Source: Basidiobolus meristosporus CBS 931.73
Taxonomy: Eukaryota; Fungi; Basidiobolomycota
Direction: 5' to 3'
DNA: 64,000 bases
Assembly (NCBI GenBank): GCA_002104905.1
Contig: MCFE01000477.1
Location: forward strand, 4,475 to 68,474
The position numbers and the translations under genes are program-made. The notes beneath the pieces were generated by a model. The model saw only the letters and a list, made by a program, of their open reading frames with translations. It did not search any database and was not told the origin of the DNA. Of the stretch, positions 11,932-24,290 are shown in pieces (the first letter of the stretch is position 1; each line of letters starts with the position of its first letter).

Positions 11932-14900
11932 CATGTGAATTTAATACAGTCTTGTATTTGAGACATTGCACCTGCATGAATATAAAATTCAATGATGACC
12001 TGCCATAGTAAACATCAAAAATAAAGTTATGGCACCAAATACACACATATATGTTGCACTATTTCCCCTTTGGTTAGGCTCACTTTGAAATATATGCCAC
12101 AAAAAAATAAAGCAAAGTTGTCTGGTTCCCAACCAAACCCACCGCTGATGGCAGCAGAAGTATGGCTGGATAACCACTTGCTTTGACATTCAGTGCAACA
12201 AGCAGTGCTACATCCAAAAAAGACCATGTTGACACTGTGCCTACTGAAGGTAATAATGCAGACTCCTCAGGCTCTCAGTTAAGTAGGTAACTAAGAACCT
12301 CTGTGGAGCCACAAGCTGACCATTATGCTCAGCAGATGAGAATGTAGCAAATGCAGTACCCTTGGTTGAAGACCAGCAAGCAGCCATCATAATATCACCA
12401 CCACCCATATTAGCAAGTATGTTGTCAGCTCATACCAAAACATAAATGCAACAATTAGGTGCATTGGCTGATAGGATAGATGCAATGGCCCACAAAAATC
12501 TGGAAATAGTCCAGAAACAGGATGAGCAGATAATATGCGTAGAGCAAGCAATATCCCAGGTAGAGAAAGCAGTATCTTTGCTGCAAAGAAGGAACTCAAG
12601 TAGCTCAATGTCACAGCCAAGAATTGAGCCATTTCCCAATGTAACAGCATAGGAACACCATATGGTCTTTGAAGCACAACAACAGTGCCCAAAGATAAAG
12701 CCTGCAGAAAAACCTACCACAGTGTGGGAGGGATACATTGTGGTGTTTATACCAAAGCCTAAAATCAAAAGATATTGAAGATCTGTGAAGCTGTTGAGTG
12801 CAATAATGATGAGTGGGCTAATATTCAAGAGACTGTCAGAAGTCTAGCACACCATCACGTTAAGCCCAGCATACTATGGGACCATCAGTAACTCACAACC
12901 AAGCAGAATGGACTTGACTTGTTCCATGAACAATATCTTAGATTTAAACTGGCAAACAGATTTTGGGCCTGCATTGGTATGCTAAGAAAATATCTCAAGA
13001 ATAGCAGAAGCTATCAAGGACAGGAAGAACAAGGGTGCCATGGCTAAAATCCAGCAGCATCCTCAAGAGCCTGTTGCAAGCAGGGCTTAAAGCTCCAGAC
13101 AAGTATCAAAGAGATGTCAGGTAGCTGGAAGAGTGCCCATTAGGCACAAGCAGGCAGGCACAGATGCACCTGCATAAGATTAATCAAGGAAAGAGTGTGT
13201 TAGCACTCAAGAAGCACTTGGTAAAGAAGTAGGTGAAGGACCTGGCAGTGATAAAGGAAAAGGTAAAACAAATTGTTGTGTTGTATTATGATTAATTTGG
13301 GGCTTGTTCCACAATGTAGAGGCTGATCAGCTATATGCAACAACTTCCAGAATGTTAGTACAGAAATAGTTTATTGGGAGTTTGATATACCAATAGAAGA
13401 TAAAACTTTCACTAATATCCTCATCTTAGTGCATAATATACTATAGGCAGTGATTCTCACTTCTACAGCAGTGATCTGATCTTCTGTCAACTGTTGGGCT
13501 TATTTACCTTCATAGTTGCTTTTCCTTTTTTGGAAGTCAAGTTCCCTTCTGAGAAAATATTTCCTGATATGGAAATTCTGACCTACCCTTTAACCTAAAG
13601 AGGTGTGCTGTGGAAGTCTCTAAAGGGGTCTTTTAAGTAAAGGGGCTTCTTGAAGTGGTCTCTAAAGTGAACCTTACACTTAAGGGGTGCCTAAAGGGGC
13701 TATTTTAGAGTAAAGGGTTTCTCAAAGGGGTCTCCAAAGGGGTCTTAGAGCAAAGGGGTCTCTTAGAGAGTACTTTTCTGACAGAAAGGTGGCAGTTTTT
13801 TTGGAGAACTTAGATTGGATTCTTGTGAGCTTTGCAGTCTATTTACTGATGTAGTACTGATCAAAGTCAGAATACTCAACTGTGCAAGTGATGCAGGGGA
13901 AGTCTTATAACCTTTAAACTTGTAATCATAGTGTGGAGATTCTGGAATGAGAGACTCTCCTTTATTTTTCAGTTGGGGAGGTCATATATATGAAAATTCT
14001 GAAGGATCAAAGCTTTTGGGCAGTTGCCCAAGCAATACATATGATACAAAGCTAAAATTTTGCATTGGTGCAGATTGAACATAGGCACAGCACCTGTGAG
14101 AACTTCACATGATTTGATTGGCTGGTTCAGAAGTTACACACAGTCAAAGTCACCACAGTAATTCTAGCAATAGAGGCCTAGTATACATGATAATTGGACT
14201 CTTTTGATAATAACTACTTAAGTACTGCTTCAAATGGGCTGTAATACAAAACATAAGTCGGCTACTGAGTGTTATGCATGACATAATATTCTTGGGTGGA
14301 TTTCCTATCAGGGTCTAGAGAATATGTCCTTCAAAGCTGGAAATCTTGAATATGTTAATTGTGTGTTACAATTGCAAAAAGCAAATTAGAGGAATGAGTG
14401 CAATATTGGTTTTGGGATATATAGTAATGGAATACATTCCATTATCACAGAATAATGCCTACCCAAGGCTGAGACAGGGAAGAATGCAAAAAAACTGCAG
14501 TTCTTGGCAATTAATGCCACAAGCCCACAGCAGACTGAATCCTGTTATACCCAAGAAGAATTACCAACAAGAAAACAGCTATTTTAGCAAGAATTGGAAG
14601 GGTAGCCAGTTGAGCTACACTCCAGCAAGGTAGATGAGTTTACAGAAAAACAATTTGTCTACTACAGCCTCCATATCCTCCATTGTTGACAGAGTGGAGT
14701 TCCCACTGACAGACAAGGCTACAATGTCAAGAACTCAAAAGACTATCACAGTGCCTGAGGGGTTGGAATTAATGATAGTGTAGTGTATACGGACTTTTAT
14801 AGGTCAATACAATTGGCAATAGAGGTACAACTGAAGTTTCAATGGAAATAAATCAATTTGTATGCTTGAAAAGTAAGAGAAACAATTGAGTCAGGAAATA

Positions 14901-17300
14901 AGGAGTGTGCAAAAGAGGCAATTGCCAATCAATGCATACAAATGTAGAAGGTGATACAGTGTCTGGGATCAGAAAGTGAGCAAATTGGCAGGGAACCAAT
15001 TAAAAGCCACTTATATATAGTTGTGATGAAAAATTTTGACTGTGTTTTTTGTAAAATCTGGCATGCAATTATTTTTCAACAGTCTCTGGATGGTGTCCTG
15101 ACAGGATCAGTACCTCTTAGTCACAGGACTTTAGATTTTTAATGTCCTTTTGATAGGATCATTACAATGATTCTCATAGGGCATGGTAGTACTGGCAACT
15201 TGACTTGTTCTCCCATCTCCCCACACATCTGCTCCATAGGAAACTCCCAAAAGGTGAAGCAAGGTCCAATATGCTCAATACACCAAGCAAGATGAAGTAG
15301 CCAAGGGATACAGTGGCAGCAGTGATCCATGCATTCAGCTTTATGTTTTTATTATAGCCCCTCAAGTCCCATTGCAAACTTTGGCACAAAAGCTGTATAT
15401 GGGTTAAGATAACATTGGTGATTGGCTTCTAGAGAAATATTCCTACAATATCCACATAAGGCTCCCAATGCTTCCAATATACTCTGGGTAGGAAAGGCTT
15501 CAGAAGGCCACTTGAATAAGTACATTTCCAATACATCCAGTACTTGCACTTGTATTGTTACATGTGCATATGAATGTTGATAGGAGCCTGTGATAGGTAC
15601 TTAGGGTAGCGGATGCCCTGTAATATCTTGCCAATTCTTTCAAGTTTCTCCAGCATCTCAAAGGGTACATTTAGCTTGAAATGCCGCATTTACAACTTGG
15701 TCAGTAGTATAGGGATATTGTTGAAAAGGAAATATATTGCTCCCAGTGGAAAGCTGTTCCTCTAATAGACACCCACTATCTTCAGTATTTCCAGTTTCCA
15801 GTTAACTACAAATCCCTGGCTGATAGCTTATAGCTAGCTAACTTTGCTGCAATTGCTTGCTGACTTCTGTACATTCTCTCCACTGAAAGAAGATCTTGTT
15901 AGTGTTGGTACTTGGATGATAATAATGTGTGCGAGTTATGCAGTAAGTCCCTGGATCTCACACATCCAACAGCAATACCATTCATTGTGCCCAGAAAAGC
16001 TAGCTATCTTGCTGATGGCTGTGGTATCTCCAATGCAGAAAATAATATGCGCTTTTCATGACAGCCATTTACTGTTATCCAGCTGGAAAGCATATAAAAT
16101 TTATTCAGCAATGGATACAGGTAGCTATTGAGGTTGGATGGCAATTTTGGCTCAGGTAGCAGTAAGACTACCATCAGATTTCTGCTCTAATACTGTAAGA
16201 CTGGTGGCAAATTCATGTTGATGAGAATCAGTGCACAGCAGGATTTGCTGGTAGAGTACTTGTTTAATGAGAATCCATCAAGTGCCAAGGTAAAGGCATG
16301 GTCATACATACCTTCAAAGTAGCCATTACTTCTGAGCTGTTTGTAAAGTTTGCCGTCAAATATGTTGAATAGGTTTGCACTTAATTGATACTGAATGCAG
16401 TACTTTATAGCTTCACAATATTTGCTGGACTACATGAGCTTCTTTAGATTGGGTATGACTGGAATATATCCAGAGCAAGAACAATGTTTTCCCCCAATGG
16501 TTGTGGATTCCTGACAAGCTGGTCCCCTTGCAAAAGTGGCACTTACTGATGTGAATGCCATTCAGGTATTAGCACATGCTGGTATCAGGACAGTCTTTGG
16601 GTCATATGTTGCCAGCCTCATGATGGTTGTCCATTTATACCATGTACATGGTAAGTTGCATCCCAGGATGATTTTGACAAGAAGTATTAGTAAGTCCTCA
16701 AAGCCCTCATTACTGATATTAGTAGAACCACACCACTTCTCTAGCCACAACATCACATCATTCACCAGTAGATGGATTACTGGGCTCACTTGACTCCATA
16801 AAGTTTCCTTGGCATTTTTTTCAATGGGCGTTGCTTCATTGCATAATGGGATCTTGCCAGGCTCATGCAGGGTACTCTTCTTAGGGCAGATAGGCTCACA
16901 ATCCATCAGTGAGCCTGCTTCTTCATAGCTGTCACTCTGTGTGCCAAATTTAGATGGCTGGAGTGAGCCAAGAGGTGTCACAAACTCACCTGACTCAGTT
17001 TGTGCAAGGTGACAAGTGCTGCTAGGTGACATTATTGAGGTATTAATTGGCCAGCACAATATTGTTAGTACAGTGGTGGCTGGTGAATGCTCAAATATGA
17101 CTTGTGTAGCAAAACACTGGCTGTGATCCTTGTAATACCTGCTACACTGTTTGCATGCTTCATGGTTGAGAGGCTTGCTACAATAGCCACATGGTCTTTT
17201 TCTTGTCTCTTACAATGATCCATCAAAGTAGTCTTGCTCATGGGACAAACACTATAACACTCAACAAAGTAATGCTAGTAAATCTGTGTGTCAATATTCA
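11932..17300 (-). mobile_element. Decayed CACTA-type unit 1: plus-strand accessory ORF relic plus convergent minus-strand transposase relic (~14850-17230)
   Basis: Minus strand shows RPCGYCSKPL (~17190), KCHFCKG, YIPVIPNLKKLM, NIFDGKLYKQL, LALDGF, LILINMNLPP and YHLLHLYALIG. 11932-13260 matches 17297-18620 and 14500-15180 matches 18670-20350. No terminal TIR identified. Confidence 0.7.
13273..14337 (+). repeat. ~1.1-kb LTR-like repeat, right copy
   Basis: Inverted partner of 10800-11929; absent from the equivalent position of unit 2 (~18625). Confidence 0.8.
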
Positions 17301-20300
17301 TGTGGATATAAGACAGTCTTGTATTTGAGGCATTGCACCTACATGAATGTAAGATTCAATGATGACCCACCACAGTAAGCATTAAAAATAAAGCTGTGGC
17401 ACCACATACACATGTATATGTAATACCTTTCCCCCTTGGGTTTGACTCACTTGCATATATATGCAGCCAAAAAATAAAGCAAAGTTGTTGGGTTCCCAAC
17501 CAAACACACAACTGACAGCAGCAGAAAAACTGCTTGACAATTGCTTGCTTTGACACTCAGTGCAACAAGCAGGGCTACAGCCAAAAAAGGCCTTATGGAC
17601 AGTGTGCCAGTGAAGGTAACAATGCAGACTCCTCAGGCTTTCAGTCAAGTAGGCAATTGGGAATCTCTGCTGACCCACAAGCTGCTTGTAATGCTGAGGC
17701 GGATGAGAATTGTAACAAAAGCAGTACCTTCTGTTGAAGACCTGTAAGTGGTCATCATAATATCACCATCACCTATATTAGAAAGTATGTTGTAAGCTCA
17801 TACTGATGCATTGATGAGGCAATTAGGTGCAGTGACTGATAGGATAGATGCAATGGCCCAGAGAAATCAGGAAATAGTCCAGAAACTGGATGAGTAGATA
17901 AAAGGTGTAGAGCAATCAATAGATCAGGTAGGGAAAGCAATATCTTTGCTGCAAAGAAGGAACTCAAGTAGCTCAATGTCACAGCCAAGAATTGAGTTAT
18001 TTCACAATGTGACAGCATAGAAACACTGCACAGTCTTTGAGGCACAACAGCAGTACCCAATGATAAAACCCACAGAAAACGTATTGCTGCATGGGAGGGA
18101 GAAAATGTAGTGTTTATGCAAAGCCTAAAAATCAAAAGACATTAAAGATCTGTAAAACTGGGGACTGCAATGATGAAGAGTGCACTAATTTTCAAGAGGA
18201 TGTAAGAAGTCTAGCACACCAACACCTTAAGGCCAGCATACCATGGGACCATCAGGAACTGAAGGCCAAGCAGAATCCACTTGACTTGCTCCATAAGCAT
18301 TATTGGGGATTAAAATGAGCAAACTGAGTTTGGGTCAGCATTGGTTTGCCAAGGAAGTATCTCAAGAATAGCTGAAACTTTCAAAGGCAGAAGATCCAGG
18401 GATCAATGGCTAAAAACCAGCAGTTTCCTCAAGAGCCTGTTATAAGCAGGGCCAAAAGTTCCAAACAAACATCAAAGAGACATCAGATAGCTGGAAGAGT
18501 GCCAATAAGGGAAAAGCAGGCAGACATAGATGCAGCAGGACAATATTTACCAAGGGCCAAGTGCAGTTCTATTCAAGAAGCACTCAGTCAAAGTAGCAGT
18601 GAAGGTCCTGGTGGTGATAAAAGCTAGCAGCTACCTCAGGAGTGCATCACACCATGGGCTGCAATCTCAATATTAATGCCATAAGCCCACAACAGACTGA
18701 ATACCATCATAGCCAAGAAGAGTTACCAACAAGAAAATAGCTGTTTTCATAATGGTTGGAAGTGCAGCCGGTTGAGCTACACTCCAGTGAGGTGGATGAG
18801 TTTGCAGAGAAACAAAATTTGTTTACCACAGCCTCCATGTCCTCAATTGTTGACATAGTGGAGATCCCACTGACAGACAAAGTAACAATGTCAAGAACTC
18901 AAAAGGTTATCACAATGCCTGCAGTGGGATTCTGGAACATTCATAGGCACATCAAGAGGTTACAGCATTTCTTCAATAGCAGTGCTCAAGAAAATGCACT
19001 TCAATATTGTATGGATTTATTATAAAGACTGGCAGATGAGGTGCTAGACCTTCCAGTGCTGGCTGAAGACCAGGATGTATGGGAACCAGTGAATGAACAG
19101 TAGCATTAAGCTGTAGTGCCCCTGCCAAAGTTATGGGAACAGAGAGTTGAGGCTGAAGTACCTATTGAATGGTGGATTTTAATGGAGTAACCTGATGAGT
19201 GTGGGGTTGGTCTTAATGTTAGTGTAGGGTATAGGGGCTTGAATAGATCAATATAATTGGCGATTGAGGCACAACTGAAGTTTCAATGGAAATAAATCAA
19301 TAGACTTGTTCCGTTGGATAGTGCCACATTGAGCCATGAGTGCCAAATGATGCCATAGTGTGCCAGAGTGGTCAAGTGAGCCTATACTTGGCCACAGAGT
19401 GTGAAACATAGCTCTGCATCTTCATGTAAAGCAGCCCCTGTGTTTCACCCATTGCGCAGGAGATAATCCATTTTTTGACCTTTTTTTGTGGATCAATGTA
19501 GCTAAGGATGTGTAAGAGCACAGGAGAGCTGAAGATATGCATCTGGAACTCAATACCCATGGCACTGTGAATCTAGCTCCTGTAGCTTGTATCATGTCAC
19601 AAAAATGAATGGCACTATCTTGGTCCACTGGTACTATCTGGCACTATATTTAAATATTAGCCCTAAAGTAAGATCTATACAAAGCACTTATAGTGCCAGA
19701 TAGTACCAGTGGACCAAGATAGTGCCATTCATTTTTGTGACATGATACAAGCTACAGGAGCTAGATTCAGAGTGCCATGGGTATTGAGTACCAGATGCCT
19801 ATCTTCAATCTGCTTGTGCTCTAACACATCCTGCACAACATTGATCCAAAAAAAAAGGTCAAAAAATGGATTTTCTCCAACACATTGGGTGAAACACAGG
19901 GGCCGCTTTGCATGAAGATGCAGAGCTATGTTTCACACTCTGTGGCCAGGTATAGGCTCACTTGACCTCTCTGGCACACTATGGCATCATTTGGCACTCA
20001 TGGCTCAATGCGGCACTATCCAACGGAACAAGTCTAATATGTATGCATGAGAAGTAAGAGAAATGGTTGAGTCAGGAAGTAAGGAGTGCTAAAAAGAGGC
20101 AATCACCAATCAATGCACACAAATGTAGGAGGTGGTAGAGTGTCCAGGATTCAAAAGTGAGAGAGTTTGCAGAGAACAGATCAAAAGCCACTTTTGTATT
20201 GTTGTGATGAAATATTTTGATCAAGTTTTTGTGAAATTTCAGGTGCAATTGTTTTTTGATGGTCTTTGCACAGTATCCTGATGGGATCAATACCTCTTAG

Positions 20301-20355
20301 TCACAGGACTTAGAATCTGTGACAGCTTTTTGACAGGATCATCACAATAACTTTT
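17297..20355 (-). mobile_element. Decayed CACTA-type unit 2, head-to-tail with unit 1, truncated at a junction with Copia sequence
   Basis: Direct-repeat similarity to unit 1; similarity stops at ~20355 where Copia RT sequence (VFKTKYKAD) begins. Confidence 0.65.
19302..20035. mobile_element. 734-bp foldback MITE (347-bp inverted arms, 40-bp spacer), copy 1
   Basis: Ends AGACTTGTTCCGTTGGATAGTGCC...GGCACTATCCAACGGAACAAGTCT; 3-bp TSD AAT; empty-site homologue at ~14845-14865. Confidence 0.9.
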
Positions 20356-20391
20356 CATAGGGGTCTTCAAGACAAAATACAAGGCTGATGA

Positions 20392-20739
20392 TGTTGTAAT
20401 ATCAATTTGTCACCTAGATACTCATGCTAGCTTAGTAACATAGATCTTATTCTTTGATTAGCATTCCATCCTGACCAAATTCCTTGTCAGGATTTACCTA
20501 AAATATTTTCACTGAATTATCAGGTACCCAGATTGTGAACTTTCTCTAAGTTGTCCAAAAGCCCCCAAACTTTGCACACATATTCTTGGGACCTTTCTTG
20601 ACAAGCTTTACATGCATGTTTACTTTACTTTATCATAAAAATAAATACCATACTTTTGAGCAATAAATTTGCAAGCAAATAACATGTAAACTTTGTGGTT
20701 CTCAACATCACTTCCAATACTCCTCACAATATTGCAACA
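20392..20739 (+). repeat. Copia-family solo LTR (348 bp) inserted into Copia RT
   Basis: TGTTG...CAACA ends; 5-bp TSD GATGA/GATGG; shares the CTGACCAAATTCCTTGT core with the other Copia LTRs. Confidence 0.8.
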
Positions 20740-21664
20740 GATGGTACAGTTGAAAGATGCCAAGAAAGACTTGTGGCCAAAGAATACTCCCCAACATAAG
20801 GACTTGACTATATTAAGATCTTTGCACCAGCTGCCAAGCTTAGTTTCATCAGATTAATATTGGCTATTGCAGCCAAATACAAGCTTTTCATTGATCCAAT
20901 AGATGTATAAACTGCATTTTTGAGTGGAGAACTTGATGAGGGTGTGCATATAAGTCTGCCTGCTGGGTTTGTGCACTAGATAACCCCACTTGGTCTGCAA
21001 GCTTAAAAGATCTCTATCTGGTCTTAAGCAATCACCCAGAGCCTGGAATTCCAAGATGGACTCTCATTTGGAATCATTGAGTTTCCAAAGCAGTAATGCT
21101 GACTATAGTATCTACCATCAGCCAGATAGAGCAAATCCAGCTCCATTTGCACTATATATGGACAATCTTACTACAGCCACCAATAACCAAAAAACTTTGG
21201 AAGAGACTAAATGCAGCTTATCTACAAAGTACAAGACATCTAATCTAGGACACCTCAGTTACTACTTTGGGATAGAATTCTCCATTGACAAAAGTATGCC
21301 AACTATTACTCTAAGCTGATCCAAGCATATTCAAGATGTACTAAAGAAGTACCAAATGGAAGACTGTAAACCAGCAGCTACTCCAATGGAGTCAAACCTC
21401 AACTAAATCAAGAGAGCTTGGTGCCATCTGAAAGCCTTGAGTTTCCTTATCAATCTATGGGTGATGCTCTGATGTACATCAAGCTTGAAAATGTCCAGAT
21501 ATCTCATATTCAGCTGAAGTTGTCAGCCAATGTGATTGGAACAATGGATCAGATCATATTGCAGCAGTTAAGCGGATTTTTAGATACCTGAAAGGAACTG
21601 CTGATATCTGCTTAAGATACACTCATAAGGATTCAGAACAGGGTCTTGTGGGATACTCTGACAT

Positions 21665-23472
21665 TGTGGTGGTGTATAAGTCCAAGGGAGAGATACATCC
21701 AACACTTCTCAAGTGTTTTGTGTGTGGGGTGTTCACTGGGTGCAATAACCTCTGGCAAAAGCTTGCTAGGAATACTTGGGTTCTGTCTCTAATCTAATGT
21801 GATGGGGAATAAAGCCACAAGCTTGTCAAGGGAAAACTGTTGAGCTATAATCCCCAACTTAGTTGGTGTATTAACAAAAGTTTATGCTGAGTTCAGCATC
21901 CTTTGAGATGACAATGTACTAAAGCTTCCAAAGTCAAAATAACTGTAAACTCCACCAGCAGGGACTTGATAAGAATGCAGCTGTGGTCAATAGTTACAAA
22001 GACAGAAAATTATCTTTGCCTGTACAAGAACAAACTTGGGAAAGAATCAAATATAATAATAGATACCTACTCTGAGTATTCCTCACAAGTAGTGCCTCCA
22101 AGGTCAGTTGGCTGTCAGCACGGTTTCCTGGGAGTGTCCTGTGGTCTGGGGTTGGAAGTTCAGGTAGTAGCAGGTAGCAGTGATCACACTAATCAACAAG
22201 TTGGTATATTGATAAAAGGGATGATGATTTATTATTGAGGGATAGCCTCTCTTATATACTTTTCTTACTAGCTAAGTGATTACTAATCATGGTGTTCCAG
22301 AAGGTTAGGGGTGTCAATAGAAATCTTAATGACATCAGAATGACCTAAGAATGTTCTATGTAGGTGCTGGAAGGTTCTAAGAGGCACAGCACATCCAACC
22401 AATCAGAAATCAGTACTCCAAAACCTGTGTAACATAGGGATACTATATATGGTATGGAAATGGTAGGGATGGTGACACAGGTTGATCATGTGTCACAGGT
22501 ACTGGCATGGGTACTTGCCTAATATAGAAGCACTTATAGCTGGTAATCTTACATAAAGTGAGGGATGGCTTATTTGATAAGGTAAGCAGGTGTGATAGTC
22601 AACTGGCCTATGGGATAGTAGACTTGTTCCGTTGGATAGTGCCACATTGAGCCATGAGTGCCAAATGATGCCATAGTGTGCCAGGGAGGCTAAGTGAACC
22701 TATACTTGGCCACAGAGTGTGAAACATAGATCTGCATCTTCATGCAAAGCAGCCCCTGTGTTTCACCAATGGTGTTGGAGAAAATCCATTTTTTGACCTT
22801 TTTTTTTACATCAATGTTGTGCAGGATGTGTAAGAGCACAAAAGGATTGAAAATATGCATTTGGTACTCAATACCCATGGCACTCTGAATCTAGCTCCTG
22901 TGGCTTGTAGCATGTCACAACAATGCATGGCACTATCTTGGTCCAATGGTACTATCTGGCACTATATTTAAATATTAGCCCTAAAGTAAGATCAATATAA
23001 AGCACTTATAGTGCCAGATAGTACCATTGGACCAAGATAGTGCCATGCATTGTTGTGACATGCTACAAGCCACAGGAGCTAGATTCAGAGTGCCACGGGT
23101 ATTGAGAACCTGATGCATGTGTTTGGTTCTTCTGTGTTCTTACACATCCTGCACAACATTGATCCACAAAAAAACATCAAAAAATGGATTTTCTCCTGCA
23201 TCATAGGTGAAACACAGGGGCTGCTTTGCATGAAGATGCAGATCTATGTTTCACACTCTGTGGCCCAGTATAGGCTCATTTGGCCTCTCTGGCACACTAT
23301 GGCATCATTTGGCCCTCATGGCTCAATGTGGCACTATCCAACGGAACAAGTCTAGTACTGATCAGGTAAGACAAATGGGATAAAACTAAAATAAGTGTAG
23401 TAGAGATATAGGGAAGTAGACAATATGGGAATGAGCACATCTGTCAGTGGGTGTCACTGTCACCACACTACA
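21665..23472 (-). mobile_element. Second copy of the 1.07-kb solo LTR (inverted), itself carrying a MITE
   Basis: Reverse complement of 1978-3047; flanks ACAT / ATGT, interpretable as a deaminated ACGT TSD. Confidence 0.9.
22620..23353. mobile_element. 734-bp foldback MITE, copy 2
   Basis: Same termini and spacer as copy 1; 3-bp TSD AGT; empty-site homologue at ~2088-2100 in the first LTR copy. Confidence 0.9.
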
Positions 23473-23941
23473 ATGTAGACTGGGGACAAAACTTAGAAGT
23501 CAGAAGATCTATTACAGGAAACACCTTTCTTTACTGTAAAGGAGCAATTTCATGTAGTTCAAGAAAGCAACCAACTGCAGCACTTTCCACCACACAGGCA
23601 CAGCATATGGCAGTCTATGCGGATACAAAACTAGCAATGTGGCTAAGAAAGCTTTTTAAAGATTTAGACTTATGTCAAAAAGTGTCTATGGCTTAATTTT
23701 AAGATTATCATGGATGCATGCAATTAGGTAGAAATCCAACTTTTCATGCCAGAACTAAGCACATAGATATTAGACATCATTTCATATGTGAAGCTATAGA
23801 GAATAACTTAGTTGGCTTAGTTTACTGTCCTACAGATGAAATGATTGCAGACATATTTACCAAACCATAAGCTAGAGACAAGTTTGAATATCTTGAGTCA
23901 AAATTAGGACTAGTCAGTATGAGCATTTAGCTGAGTGGGAG

Positions 23942-24290
23942 TGTTGTAAAAGTTTGTAATTCCACCTAAATACTCACCTAACTTAGTCACTTAAATCATC
24001 ACCCTCAAATCATAGAGAATACTGACCAAATTCCTTGTTGGGATATACTTCAAATATTTTCACCAAAATACCAGGTACCCAGAACATGAAAATTCTCAAA
24101 GTTGTCCAAACAGCCCCAAACTTTGCACACATGTTCTTGGGACCTTTCGTAACCTATTCTTTGTGTTTGTAATGCCAAGACCAGGTAAAAGTATTAATAC
24201 TACTTTTACATTCAATAAATCATTAAGTGAAAACCACATAATCTACTTGTCCTCCCAATCACTTCCAATATCTCCAAGACTCTTACAACA
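23942..24290 (+). repeat. Copia LTR (349 bp) shared between two tandem elements
   Basis: TGTTG...CAACA; preceded by a PPT and followed directly by PBS-like GGTTATGCGCCC. Confidence 0.9.

Larger units (their letters stand above)
20360..23941 (+). mobile_element. Ty1/Copia RT-RNase H relic carrying three nested insertions
   Basis: VCKLKRSLSGLKQSPRAWNSK, RT2 motifs, DVDWGQNLEVRRS; ends in purine tract GAGTGGGAG. Confidence 0.85.
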
